From: Neophaeotheca triangularis
Taxonomy: Eukaryota
DNA length: 64,000 bases
Direction of reading: 5' to 3'
Assembly: GCA_054600435.1 (NCBI GenBank)
Contig: BAAIJX010000001.1
Location: 1 to 64,000, forward strand
In this document: piece by piece, positions 35,485 to 49,000 of the stretch
Layout: every line of letters starts with the position of its first letter
Numbering within the stretch: position 1 is the stretch's first letter
The notes under the pieces: generated by a model
Told to the model about the DNA's origin: nothing
Databases searched by the model: none
The model's input: only the letters and a program-made list of their open reading frames with translations
Translations under genes and position numbers: made by a program

Positions 35485-36420
35485 ATGGCCGCCGCCGTGG
35501 GCAAGTTCGCCGCCAACAAGTTGCTATCCAAGCAATTCGACAAGTACAAAGACAAAAAGGTCGAAAGCGGCGAAGACCCCTTCTTCGCAACCGTTGCCGA
35601 CCCCAAGAAACCAGGCCAGACGAAAAAGGTCAAAAAACACATCCCTTCCTATATCCCCGAAAAAGACGCCCTCATCCTCGCAAAAGTCCGCAAACGCGCT
35701 TACCGCCTCGACATGTGCCTCTTCACCTTCCTTGGCATCCGCTTCGGCTGGAGCTCCGTCATAGGTATCATACCGGGTGTAGGCGATGTTATTGGCATGC
35801 TCCTCGCTCTCATGGTGTTCAGGAAATGCTGCAAAGTGGAAGGCGGGCTGGACAATGCTACCAAGCTGAAGATGCTGTTCTTCGTCGCTTTCGACTTCGG
35901 CATTGGGCTTGTGCCGTTCGTCGGCGATCTCGCAGACGCGGCGTACAAGTGCAACACCCGGAACGCGCGCGAGCTAGAACGTGTGCTGGACAAGCGGTAC
36001 AAGCCCGAGGGCTACGACAGCGAGCGCACTATCAAGGATGACGAGGCTCGTAAGAAGAGGAGAAAGTCTGGTATCTACGCACCCAATGACCCGCCGCCTG
36101 CGACTGTCTTTGATGATTTTGATGACGAGGAGAGCGACCGCAGAGCTTTTGTGAACCAAGGAAGGCGAGACGACAGGCGTGGTGGCGCCCGGCGTGACGA
36201 GTCGCTTGACACATATGACAGGCGCGACGACTCACTCGATACTTATGACAGACGTGACGAATCGCTCGACGACTCTAGCATAGGTCGTCCCCCTGGGGCG
36301 TATGTGGGGGGAAGCCGTCGCGAGAGGCGAGCCGATATGGATAGGGGTGGTTCGCGCCGCGAAGCGCGTCCTTCGAGGCAGCCCAGCCGTCGTCAGGAGA
36401 ACGGGAGCGTGAGGCGCTAG
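35485..36420 (+). CDS. DUF4112 family membrane protein
   Basis: AYRLDMCLFTFLGIRFGWSSVIGIIPGVGD and GLVPFVGDLADAAYKCNTRN motifs. Confidence 0.85.
   Translation: MAAAVGKFAANKLLSKQFDKYKDKKVESGEDPFFATVADPKKPGQTKKVKKHIPSYIPEKDALILAKVRKRAYRLDMCLFTFLGIRFGWSSVIGIIPGVGDVIGMLLALMVFRKCCKVEGGLDNATKLKMLFFVAFDFGIGLVPFVGDLADAAYKCNTRNARELERVLDKRYKPEGYDSERTIKDDEARKKRRKSGIYAPNDPPPATVFDDFDDEESDRRAFVNQGRRDDRRGGARRDESLDTYDRRDDSLDTYDRRDESLDDSSIGRPPGAYVGGSRRERRADMDRGGSRREARPSRQPSRRQENGSVRR
36190..36273 (+). repeat. 30-bp coding repeat x3 (RRDESLDTYD)
   Basis: Copies start at 36190, 36220 and 36250 with mostly synonymous divergence. Confidence 0.9.
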
Positions 36421-37310
36421 TGGCACTTCTCGCAGCCCGAGGTCGTTGACGAAGAGGCTGGCCCGTCTGCTCCCCCCAAAGGGAGCGTCAAGCGCTGGTG
36501 GCATTTCAAGCAACACGCGGCTGATGGTGGACAGACTGCACAGACCGGTCTTGGTGGAGCAGCTTGATTTTGTGTTGGTATCGATGATGACGAAGCGAGC
36601 AAGCGTGCGGGCGGGCGTTCTTGGTACACAGCGATGGGACGTTCTATACCTTTTGGGCATCGGGAATGCCTTGGGACTTGTTTTTAATCGGGTTCTGGAG
36701 ACAGCGAGCAGCGAGCAGAGAGTGTCCGTTGACAAGTACCCTGTATTATTGAGCAGTAATTCTACGAGAAACTCACCCTTCACCTATGATGCTCCTTTCT
36801 CATCTCTTGACGATCGACCCCCTTTCGTTTTCGTCCAGCATAAATGTAGGCAATTACCATTAGCACACCCCGATGCTCATTCTTCCGTTGCATTTATAGA
36901 AGCGCACACCAGCGTGCGATGGTTAGAAAAGTCAATAGTTGGTATAATTCAACAGTCGGTGAAAATTAGCAGTCGGCGAGCATCAGCGGCTGAAGAAGAT
37001 TAGCGGCTGGTGAAGAACTAAGGTAGAGAGGTCAACGAACGGTTGGGGGAAAAGCGTACGCCAGCTAGCGTGGAAAGACGAGGGCCAATGACGACGCACC
37101 TTACATTCCGCGGGCCAAGGGCGAGTGTACGACTTCTTCGGTATCCAACATGAGGTATTGCCCACATCATCTAACGAGTTCATCGGCGATAGACCAACGG
37201 CATGCCCCCTGAGAACTGTCATCTTATCTTTCCTAATGCTCTGAAACACGAAACTCCCTCGGGCCTGAGCTTTGAACGTCCAAACGACTGGAGATGAGAG
37301 CCATCCGACC

Positions 37311-40300
37311 ATGTCTTCGCCAATGGAAGCGAACACGTCGAAGACACCCACTGGAAATGACATGAATGGCAACTCTCCGAGCGACACTGCTTCATCGAAG
37401 CCGTCAGCACCGAGAAAATGGCTTTCAAAGTCGTCCGCCCTCTGGGCCAAAACAGGCATAGACCTAAGGACCTATCAAAACATGTTCAAAGGAGCCCTCG
37501 CCCCGACAATAGCAATCGCTGCTTTTCAAGCAAACGCGTACGCCAGCTTCTTCACCACTATCGGGTACTTGGTCGCTGTTGGATCGATATTAGCAATCCC
37601 CGCTCAGCCGAGAGCAAAGTTCTTGCAGACGATGCTCTACAATCTCATCTTTCTCTTCCTCGCCTCGGCATCCTCGCTTCTGGCCATGTACTGCGCCGTC
37701 AAAGCGCGTCAGCACACTTCAGAGCAGGCCTCTGAGTTTGGCGGGCCAGGAACAAGTGGTCTGGCTTCAGCGAATGCACCAACCACCCGCTATAACTCTT
37801 CAGCTTCCGCTGTAGCTGGCGTGTGGTTGTTCTTCCTGGTCTGGATGATCTCTACAATCCGCGCTAAGATGCCACAGTTTACGATCCCTGGCATCCATGC
37901 TTCGACTGTCATTAATGTCTCCATGATTTATGCACCACAGTTTCCCACCATAGAGATTGCCGAGAACTTTGTGCGCAGGCTCCTTCTGGCTTACCTGTCT
38001 GGTTTCGGTATTGCTACCGGTGTTAGCTTGTTCATTTTCCCCTGGACTTCGCGAACTATAGTTTTCAAGGAGATGAGCGAATACGTCTCGGCCCTGCGAG
38101 AGACTCTGGCGGCGAACATGACGTACCTCCACTCGCTCGAGGAGATTGATATGTTTGCTCGTCAGCGGACTAATACGTTTGGCGAGAAGCCCGAACGCAG
38201 CCCGGAAGCTCAGGCGATCAAGGAAAAGGTCGCTGCGTTGTCTTCTATTCACTCACAGCTGGATACCGACCGCACTTTTGCGAAACGAGAAGTTGCCTTC
38301 TTGGGGAAGGTGTCTCCGGATAGTATTGAAAACGTTTACAAGCTCCTTCGGTTGATCATGGTACCTATGATCGGGCTTAGCTGTGTCTCGGACATTTTCC
38401 AGCGAATCTCGGTGGAAAGAGGATGGTACCATAATGCTCCAGATGGGAACGTCTCTTTTGAGGATCTGGATGATCCGAAGCAATATGCAAGAGCAAAAGC
38501 TGTAGACGAATGGCACGATTTGATGAGGATGGTGAGACAGCCATTTAGACACATCTCCGGCATTATCGACCAAGGGCTTGATCATGCTCTGATCAGTCTC
38601 GAGCTTCTCTCCAAGCGCAAGCGCAATCGCAAGAGTAATGATCTGGAGACCAAAGGGGACCTACCGCGGCCAGGTGACGAAGGCTTCTCTTCGTACCTTC
38701 GACGAGAAACAGACGCATTTCACCACAACAGGCGCCAATTGCTTACTGAGTGGTGCCGTCTGCACGACATTGGGATACCACCCGACTTTTTCGAACACCC
38801 AAATACGACCAATTTCACCGCGCCAGCCTGGATGAATGAAGACGTTGGCTCGGAAACGCGGCAGCGCTACAGACGACAGCTGTACATCCTTCTGTACATG
38901 GAGTTCCTGTTCTTCTCCATCTCACGTGCAGTGTACGATCTCATTGTGTATGCGGAAGACCTGAAGAAATCGGGCAAGATGGACCGGAACCGCATCATCG
39001 TTCCTGGCTTAAAACGCCTCCGGAAATGGGTTCGTGGAACGTTCGTGACTGACGACGACCCTTCCAACAATGAGGAGATTGATACCGAAGGCAGCAGGCC
39101 TACTGTCCGCCTAGGTGCAGCTTACAAAGAACGCAGGAACCCGGAGCACCTCCCAGCAAAGAATGCGTGGGAACGTTTCGGTAACAGATTGAGAGGCATC
39201 GCTCATATTCTCGAATCACCGGCTTCTGCGTTCGGGTTCCGCTCGGCGGCGGCTGTCATGTCTATTGCCATCGCCTCGCTTCTTAGTGATACGCAGGTGT
39301 TCTATACGAGGCAGAGGCTTTTCTGGTCGCAGATCGTAGGTCGTGAACTTTCCACTCTGTGGTGCATTAGCTGACTCCTCGGCAGATGATCGCAATCTCC
39401 ATGAGCCCTTCTGCTGGACAGTCCCTGCGAAACTTTCTACTCCGTGTCTTTGGCACTCTTGTCGCGGTTATACTCTGTTTTGTCGCCTATTACATCGTAA
39501 ATGGCAGTCCTGCTGGGGTGCTTGTCTTCACCTTCATCTTCTTGCATGCTGGATCGTACATTATTCTCAGGTACCCTCAATGGACACCAATCGGCATAGT
39601 TGGGCAAATCACGATCGTGGTTGTCATCGGCTATGAACTGCAAGTGAACCAGCTAGGAGTCCAAGTTGCAGTATCAAACGGCCAGGCCTACTACCCCGTC
39701 TACATACTAGCGCCCATTCGCCTCGCCACAGTATGTGCCGGCCTGTTGCTCGCATTTTTTTGGACAATCTTCCCCTACCCAATCTCCGAACACTCGCAAC
39801 TACGAAAAGGCCTCGGATCCTCTCTTTACCTCCTAGCCAACTCCTACAGCGTCATGCACGAAACAATCCGCACTCGCATCCGCGGCGTCGAAGGCGACAC
39901 AAAGGTCAAGAACAGCCCGGGCAGAAAGCTAGAAAAATCCCGCAACTCGCTCTTCGCTAAGAGCAACATCGTCATACAAGGCCTGCGCGCCCAGATCAGC
40001 TTCGTCAAGTACGACCTCCCCATTGGCGGCGCCTTTCCCCGCCAGCAGTACGAAAAGATCATAGACCACTTGCAAAGCATCCACAACTTCATGTCACTGG
40101 TCAGCTACGCCTCAAAGGACTTTACCGCCCTACAGCAACGCGGCAAAGACTCCGAATCGCAATCGGCCTGGCTGAGCGATTTCCGCCGCCTCATCGGCGA
40201 AGCAAACGTCACGTCGCAATCCGTCACGACACTCCTAATTCTGCTCTCCAGCGCCATCAACAACGGCCAACCCCTGCCGCCATACCTCCGCATTCCGGAA

Positions 40301-40573
40301 CCTTATCTCCTCTCGAAACGGCTGGAGGAGATGGACCGCGATATTCTGAGCGTGCGGCACATTGCCGAGCCTGGGTATGCGTGTTTTGCGGTCTTGCAGA
40401 TCGGGACGAAGTGTATCATTGATGATTTGAAGGGTTTGCTGGCTGGGGTTAAGGAGCTGGTTGGTGAGCTGGATTTCTCGTATCACGTTGTTGAGGGAGA
40501 GGAGGGGGAGAAGCATTTGTCGCAGGAGACTTTGGTGTTTTCTGATGGGAGGGGGAAGGGGAAGGCTGATTGA
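37311..40573 (+). CDS. ArAE/FUSC-like (aromatic acid exporter family) multi-pass membrane protein; intron 39336-39385
   Basis: Two in-frame ORFs joined by a 50-nt GTAGGT..CTGAC..CAG intron. Two TM clusters with FKGALAPTIAIA, PRAKFLQ, VIGYELQV and FWTIFPYPISEHS motifs. Confidence 0.8.
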
Positions 40574-41353
40574 GGTTCGCGGTGGGATGTTCCTTGGGAT
40601 TCTTTATCGCTTTGGCCACTGGTATAAGGTTGGCATCGACGTAGTGGCTGGGCGAAATACAGTTGCGCCTAGCAAGCCGGCGTTGAATTTAGCTGAGAAG
40701 AATCCGGAGGCATCACAACAGCGAAGGCCCTATATCCGTGGCGACAAACAGAAGCCGTTCAACCTAGGCCACTGAGGCCTTCGAAGCGGCTTCAACACCT
40801 TTATCACTTATGCACACTCAATAAGCAGTGCTAAGCTCGACGCTCCCGAGGCTGAGTCCAGGTCCTAGATACCCGTAAACCTCACTTGAACCTCACTTCG
40901 CGCACGCAGATCGAGCTCACTCGGCGACCTCACTTCGCGCATCCGAAGGAAGCTCACTTGACAACCTCACTTGGTCGGTACTATAATTATTTCTCCTGCT
41001 TCTGTTTCTCCTTCTCTCCTTATTCTCTTTCCTTCTTCGGCGACACAACAATACTGCTGAGGTACCTTATATCCAACCCTATCTAGGGAACATTGATGTC
41101 AAAGGCATCGTATGGATGGCGATGATGTTGACACAATGCAGAAAGCATACGAAGAACAACAGATTGCACAGCACAATACCTTCAAAGACAGCAACGTCAA
41201 AGCTACCAACCATACCAACGACACCAGACGATTCTACCATCACCAATACCACCCAGAGTAAAAAGACCACCAAAGCCTTCCAAAACAACAAGCACTACCA
41301 ACACAACCCCACACATACCACCACCAACAACAACACCAACAACGACACCAACA

Positions 41354-41974
41354 ATGGGCTCCTGCTGCAGCACCCCCTCCTCCAAACCCACCCCCGACAA
41401 CTCCATCGAACTCCAACCCCACCACCCAACCAATATAACCCTCACCCACCCCTCCCCAGCCATAACCATCTCCCCCGCCCACGGCCACAGCAACGTCACC
41501 CGCCCGCCCCCACCCCCTCGCCTCACCCGCCTCTCGGAAATCATCGACCCGGCGACACTAAACCCCAGCAGCCACGTGCGCACCCCTTCCGGCGACCTGC
41601 TCGGCCGCGAAGCTTACGTCGCGCGCCCGGATCGGCCTCGGACGATCGCGGAGCGGCAGCAGGCGATTAGGGAGCGTTGTTTGGTGCAGCAGAGGAGCTT
41701 GGAGACGCTGGCGGGGAGCGTTAGTGTTGGTGGGAGGAGTGGGAGTGGGTTTGGGGGCGGCAGTCATAGTGAGGGGAGTGAGGTTGGGTTGTTGGCGGTT
41801 GCGCCTGCTGTTGTTCCTGGGAGGGGCGCGGAGGTGGGGGGCCGGGAGGTTGTGAGGGTTAGGGCTGGGTTGAGGGGGGCGAGGATGGTGGAGGTTAGGA
41901 GGGGCACGGGGAGGGCTGGGGGCAGGGAGGGGGTTGTGGGGGTTTTGGGACGGTGGTTTGGGGGCAGGGAGTAG
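41354..41974 (+). CDS. Small hypothetical protein with N-terminal MGSCCS lipidation motif
   Basis: ACAATGG start context. MGSCCS fits the myristoylation (MGxxxS) plus palmitoylation pattern; core segment RPDRPRTIAERQQAIRER. Confidence 0.6.
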   Translation: MGSCCSTPSSKPTPDNSIELQPHHPTNITLTHPSPAITISPAHGHSNVTRPPPPPRLTRLSEIIDPATLNPSSHVRTPSGDLLGREAYVARPDRPRTIAERQQAIRERCLVQQRSLETLAGSVSVGGRSGSGFGGGSHSEGSEVGLLAVAPAVVPGRGAEVGGREVVRVRAGLRGARMVEVRRGTGRAGGREGVVGVLGRWFGGRE

Positions 41975-43448
41975 AGGTTTGGTCTTCGCAGTGGTGTTGG
42001 GTGTTGGGTGGGTGTGTGAGTGGTGATTGGGCTGGCTGGGGTGTTTTCCCGGCGGTTTATAATTTGGGAATGAGATTGCCTCGGGCTGGTTTGCGATTGA
42101 GGTTCTAACTGCTAGCTGCATGGAACGTGTGTCGTCGAGTGTGGGACGAGGAGGCTCTACGCCGCGGTGACTAAATTCTCGCATCTTTATGGTAAGCCTT
42201 TATTCCCCTAGCAATTTCAACCTCAAAAACTCACATCAGTGTTCCATGGCATCCCGCCGAAGAAGCCGCTTCCATTCCGCACCACACCTGAACGAGAATC
42301 AAGTAACGCAAAAGCAGCATCTGCCAGGAAAGCGACAGGAACATCTGTCAAGGAAAAAGAGGGTGGAAGAATCTCAGTGGCCTTTACGTGGCGTGAGTAT
42401 ATGCACTACCTCCGCCCACAATCATAGCGTCCAGCTCGATCGCGCAGTTGGCTGCAAATCCGCTCTCCACGTTGCTCGGAGCTTGCACTGCACATCTGCC
42501 GGGCACGGCTTGAAGGGGGAATAGAAAGCTGTCAGGCTGATTCCATTGGTTGGTAGAAGAGATGTTCGCGATAACGGGATTGCGCTAAAGCAAATGCAAG
42601 ACCTCTCGTAGTACTACGGTGGTCCTGCGAAGGCTAGGTGTGGGTGGCAAGGAGAAAAGCGATTTGTGGTAGTTGATGAGCGGGCCGGTGGATGTGGAGT
42701 GGGAGGCAGAGTTTGGCGCCCTTTGCCATTCTATGGAGAGGTCCCAGGTGATCGGCAACGATGAAAGGAAGGCGGTTGCTACTTTTGAAACTGTGGCGGT
42801 AGTTGACATGGCTTTCGCGTGAGGTCTAGCTTTCACCGGGCGATGGGATGGCTCGAAAGTTCCGTACGTCGTTACTGGCCTTTACGGCAAAGCAGCGGAT
42901 GGTGAGGCAGCATCTGTTGGTGGTCTATAACCGTTGGGGCCTTGAATCTCCGGGGAGCGGTGCGACTTTGCTACGTTCTCGCAGCGGTTGAAGCTTGCGT
43001 CAGGAGGGGGCAATGCTGAAAGTCACGTGGTGAAGTGAAGTGAAGTATAGCGCGTCTAAAGATTTCTCTCAACTCACGGAACACGTTCACCTTGTTGAAT
43101 ACCAACTGCAACGGGTGTACCTCGATAAGTCGCTCTGGACGGGACCTTAGTCACATTACCTTAGTGAAGCTTGAATATTCCTGCTATATTCGGCTCGCGC
43201 CTTCCTCGTAAGAGAACTTACCAGCCACCTCTTTTCTCCACCTTAGGAGTCAACTCAGACATCAAATACTTTGCAACTTCGACCTCGACCTTCGACCTTC
43301 GACCTTCAACCATTGCTACTACTACCTCCTCCACCTCCCATACAACTACTGCAACCAGGTACGACCGTCCCCTTTCCAACCCAATCACCCACCTCTACTG
43401 ACACCACTCGACCACAGTATCAACTACCCAACCCACCAGACAGTGAAG

Positions 43449-45255
43449 ATGCCACCTCATCTCCAGCCCCTTGCAGGCAAGAAGTTTGTCTGCACTTACG
43501 ACGAATGCCCCAAAGCCTTCGACACGCTCAAAGAGATGAAGCAGCACAAATTCAACCACCCCGACCACAACTACTGCAAAAAGTGCAACATGGACTTCAT
43601 CTCCTGGGACGAGCTCACTCAGCACAAGGTCGACATGATGGCGCCTTTCCTCGAAGGCAACTTTGAGGAGTCTTTCAAAAAGGACAGCCCAGTACACATC
43701 GTCTGCGAGTTTTGTGGTGAAGAGTTTAAGACTTTCGGGGGGCGTGAGATTCATCGTACTAGGGTGAGTTAACTCAACTCGACCTTTCGCTCAGGTCAGC
43801 ACTGATAGTAAGCTCAGACTCACCCTGCCGATCAACGCATCACCTGCAAAGGATGCAACCACGTCTTCGTTCGCGCCTCTCTCCTCATTGGCCACTTCGA
43901 ATCCGGCGACTGCTCCGGCGTTTCCCGACAGGAGTTCGAGGGCGAGAAGCAGAAGAAACACGTCCACAAGCAAATGATGAACGCTCCAGATAGATTCGTC
44001 GCCAACATAGAGAGCAACATGCAGAGTCAGCTTCAAATCAAGGACGACATTGCGAGTATCGAACCGTCCCTCAGCGGCCTTGACTCCACCACCGACCAAG
44101 ACTTGGGAGGCTCTACTGCGGGTGGAGTTTTGCTCGACATGCACGACCCCAATCAGTACGATGGTCAAGACCCCATGGCGGCCGAGATGGATCTCATGAG
44201 CTTCAAAGAGCAGTACTACAAGGAACATCCGGATCAAGCCCCACTTACCCGTGGCAATCTAGAGCAGCGTCCTGGCGTGCTTTGGGAGCCAACGCCCGCC
44301 GAGGCAATGGCGGAGAGGACTCTGGGTTCCAGGACACCCTCCGTGGCCCCATCCGAGTACAGCAACATCACCAGCCGCCGTGGAGGATTGAAAGTCTACA
44401 CCCACAGCGACCCCTCCGCCCACAACGCAACATACAGGCTCACCACCCACGACGCCAGCTCCAAATACGGCACCGAAAACTACCCATCCCTGACCTCCCC
44501 TCTACCGGGCGAATCCGCTCTCTCGAACGCCGACAACACCTCCGACACGGCCTCCCAGGCCACGACAACCCAAGACACCCCCGCCTGGACGACCGGAAAT
44601 ACCAGCAAAACCCTCTTCAAACCCTCCCCCCTGAACACGCTCAACCGCAACCTCGGCGCCCACGAACGAGGCGAAACAACCGCCCAAAGCCAAAACCCAA
44701 GCACGAACCTCTTCCGCGTCCGCTTCTGGGACCCCACCAGCCCCGACTACGACGCCAACCGCTTCTACCACGCGGCCATCAGAGCCTACTGCTGCCCCTT
44801 CCCTTCCTGCCCAATGGCACAATTCCCCAACGCCGAAGAAATGGAACTACACCTGACAATCCGGCACGCGACGCAGCAATACCGCTGCCCGGCCTGCCTG
44901 AAAGTCTTCAAAACCAGCGTAGCGCTCGTCTCGCACTGCGAGAACGCGGCCGCCAACTGTCGGATCCAGGAGACGGGCTTGTATCGGAAGGTATGTCGCA
45001 CCCGCTTGCCCCAAGTTCCGCAACTCGACTAAAATCCACGTCCCCGCACCATCATCGTTCTCGCTAAGCTAAGCTAAGCTAATCTTTCGATGTGCACAGT
45101 TGATCGACGAAATCTCCGGTGGCTACCTCCAAGCGCACAGGGTCCAGGAAGTCCCCATTTATCGACCGGAGGAGGAGTCGTTGATTCCTGTTGGTGAGCC
45201 GACGGGTGGTGTGGCTAAGACGCTATATGAAGGGACGGTGCCTAGGAGGCATTGA
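43449..45255 (+). CDS. Multi-C2H2 zinc-finger protein; introns 43764-43817 and 44991-45099
   Basis: Fingers CTYDEC..H..H, CKKC..H, CEFC..H..H, CKGC..H..C, CPFPSC..H..H and CPAC..H; splice phases are consistent. Confidence 0.85.
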
Positions 45256-46004
45256 GAGGGTTGGAGGTCCAGGCTGTGGGCGGCGTTCGGGGCGGTCTGG
45301 TGGGAGCGGTTGTGAGGTCGAGAGGGAGGGAGAGTCCTACGAGCTTGAGGCCGAGAGGTTTCAGCGCGAATGCGGTTTTTCCTCTACTTCTCAGCTGAGA
45401 GAGGGAGGAAGATGGAGGGGGCCTGGAATTGAGGCATAGAAGACGAGGGTCTCTGACGAAGATGGTGCGAGGCGGCGAGGTGGTGAGGTCCTCGAAAGCT
45501 TCTGCAGTAGCGCGTCGGTTACGAGGACTAGACTTGAAGCCAGCGGGTCTTTTCGAAATAGCTATTGGAAATAACTCGATCAGCTCTATTTCCTAGCCAG
45601 CCACAGATTTTCAATCATGATCATACCGTGCTGAGCCTTCGCCCACCCAAACGACGTAGATACCTCGTTGCAGGCAAGCAGAGCAGTCTCAGCAGACTCC
45701 GAAACACCATCCGAGCGAGCAAAGGCTCCCATACCCTCGCTTTTTTTCTCAACAACCCATTGAGTCCCATCCCAGTACCTCCAATACCTTTCCCTTTTCC
45801 GACTCATAAAAACCCACAACATCTTATCCAAAGCCTCCTTCCTAGCCCAACAGAGATCAGCAAGCAGCTCTCCTTAGCCACAAGCACCATCCAGGCTCTA
45901 TTCCTGTGTCCCCTCTACTCCCGTCTCCCATCTCCCATCTCCTCCCGTTCCCAAAAAAGACAACAATAACCCTGTCACCAATAAATTAGAATGAAAAAAC
46001 GGTA

Positions 46005-49000
46005 TCAGGTGTAGACCTCTTCGGTGAATGCGTTCAGACTCAAGCCTTCCTGCGCAATATCTTCATCCCTGAGAAACAACAAAGGCATTTCAACCAGCGT
46101 GCCCCTTATACCACTCAGCACCTCTTTGACCTCTCTGGCTCCTTGCTCGCCGGGGGAGAAATTGGAAAGGACGACGTGGCCTTGGGTGGTCTGGCTCGAA
46201 AGAGGGGGAGCAGAAGTGGATGTAGAAGTTGGCTGGGTGTGGGAGTCGGGGGTGGGGGTGGGGGTGGGAGTGTCTTCGGTGTCGGGGTTTGATTTTGATT
46301 TTGATTTTGGTTTTGGTTTTGTTGGAGTCGAGGGGGTGCCGAAGTGTTTGGAGTAGTAATCGTCGTATTCTTTCCAATTTCGCACATCGTCGGAGGGAAC
46401 GGGATGGAAGACTTTGGCAAAAGCCTGCGTGTTGGTGCGCGCGGTGCCTTTCCACAGGCGCTCGAAAGATGGCGACAAGGGGTCAGCGACGGCGGCGTCT
46501 TCGGTGCTGCCCCAGTCATAAGCGTTGGGATCTATGCCGATGGGGGAGAAGTTGGCGTCGGGGGTTTGGGGGTCTTGGGGGCGCAGGAGGCCGAGGTGTT
46601 TGCGGAAGATTTGGCGGCGGAGGGCTGAGGCGAATTTGCCAGCCGGCCAGGGATGGGTGGCCATGGTTGAGGAGATGATTTGAGGGTCGTTGTCGATGCG
46701 TATGGCGATTTCGCTGTCGTGGTAGCCGAGTTGGCTGCGATCCTGGTTTAATGTTATTTGACTGTGATTCAAAAACTTGGGAGATTTTCGCGCTTACGTT
46801 TAAATTCGCAGACCCGATTATAACGACGCGGTCGTCGGCGATGAGGAGTTTGCTGTGGATATAGAGTTCCTCGGACACAAAAGCGTCAATCTCATCCGTA
46901 GAGCCCGACGCCCAGGGGACGTTGCGGATATCCTCGCCGCCCAGCATATAGCAAGAAGCGACGCTGTCCCAATGGCCTTGAGATAGCTGGGAGGATTGCT
47001 GATTTTGAATAGAGTGTGCGGCATGTTGGTAAGCGTTGTAGGCGTCGCGGTTGTTTTGTTCTGTGCCCGAGTATTCTTGTCCGTATTGCTGACTCTCGGT
47101 GCCATGACCGAAGCGCTGGTCATGACCTCGACGGGCGTCGTCGTAGGAGACGCCGGACTGTTGTTCCGCTTGTTGCATGGTGTCGGAGCTGTTGATGCGA
47201 TCGTAGGAGCGGAGGTTGTAGAAGCGTATGTATTGCATGGGGTCGATGCCTTCTCTGGCTGAGTTGAGGTGTTAGTGGGACTGACGCGAAGAGAAGTGGC
47301 GAACAAGACCTACCGATCTGCTCCATGATCGAGCGACCTCCCCGGTTGATAGAATCGTACTGGAATTCCATAATGGCGCGAGTGGCGATTGCCTCGTCCG
47401 CTTGGAGATCTCCTGCGAAAGCTGGAACGGCAGGCATCATGACGATAATGTGGTACGGCTCGCGGTTTCGGGCGGCGCGAATGATGCGTTCCACAATTGC
47501 AGCGCCGATTCGATTCTTGACTTTACCGGGACCAGTGGCCGTGATAAAGAATTGATTCTAGTAGAAGTGTTAGCTGAGGACGTCTACCAAGAACTGATTT
47601 ACGGCACTCACTTCAATGTAGACAAAGTACTTGCTCTCGCTGATAGTCTGGATGTACGCATTGCAGATGGAGTGCTCGAGAGCAACGCCGTGTGACCACT
47701 AATCGTCTAGTCAGCTGCAGCTCCCTCTCACCGGCGGTCAAGGGTATCCAACTCGGCGCGCAGACTGTACGGGCTTACCTTTGCACAGGATCGTAGAATC
47801 TGACACGGGAGGCCGCCCAGGGGTCCGGTTGGCCCAGTCTCGCCGCGGAACCTGTCTTGCATGTCCTCTAGTCGCTCCCGGCCGGCATGGTATCTCTCAC
47901 GCATCTGTTCGCGAAAACCTTGGTACTGGCCGTGGCCCTCAACCTCTGCTCCCCCCTCAGCTTGGCGATAAGGATGACCAATGATGCCAACCCGGGAAGG
48001 GCGGTATTCGAGGAGCTGGTAGCGTGAGTCTTCGCGCGAGTAGTACTTTTCGTTGTAAATGAAATTCCATCGCTCGGCGAAATGAGCTTTCAAGTCTTGG
48101 ACGACCGGGCCTTGAAGGCATATCGATACGTCCGTCCAGCCCATTCTTGAATTGTATCTATCGATCTCTTGGTTAGCTGGCCACTTGCCACAAGATAGAC
48201 GGCGCAGATTAAAGTCAAACAAGCCAGCCATCTGACGATTCCACTGCCTTCGCCTTGACTGTAACGTACTTTCTGTCGAGCTTGTTGTTCTGCCAGTGCT
48301 GCACGTCCGCAAAATCCATGATTCGCGCATTGTTGTAGTCTTGGCCAGGAAATATGATGTCGTTGAGATCGCCCGGATGCGCATCTGCTATGGAGTGTTG
48401 CTATGTTTTGATCAGAACCTCTGCCACGTGAACTTCGGAGCTTGCACACTCACGTTGGTATCCCAACGACCGTAGCACAGATCCAGACCACCCATAAACG
48501 CAATCTGCCCATCAACAAGACAAAGCTTCTCGTGATGCGCCCAGTAGAGGACAGTATCGTCGTTCATGCCATAGATGCCTTTGAGCGCCTCACCAGGCAG
48601 CTTGCTAGCTTTGGCAGCAGATAGGCCTGTGCTGGTGATACTCTGCCAGATACCGGATGCCAGAGCTTTCTTGTCCGGAACGTGGTCGGGGTGTCTGAAG
48701 ACGCAGATGTTGCCAGTCTTGTCATTGTCTTCCAGCCAATGTTTTGTATGGCTTGAGGAGACTGAAATGGGTGGCGGGATTAGCGGTTTCTCTTCCTCCC
48801 AGTATTCGAGAGAACGGAAAGTAACATCGAGGCCGAGACGTGTGAGTCCTTTGGTGAATGGATCTGTAGAGGACGGGAGGAGGGAATGGAGATAGTTTGG
48901 TAAATGAGGATTGAGCAACTTACGGGTCAGTGCTTGGGTGACCTTGGGATGGAGGTTAGTGAAGCTCCTCAAACATCCTCGCCCATGGTATTCTAGCGTC

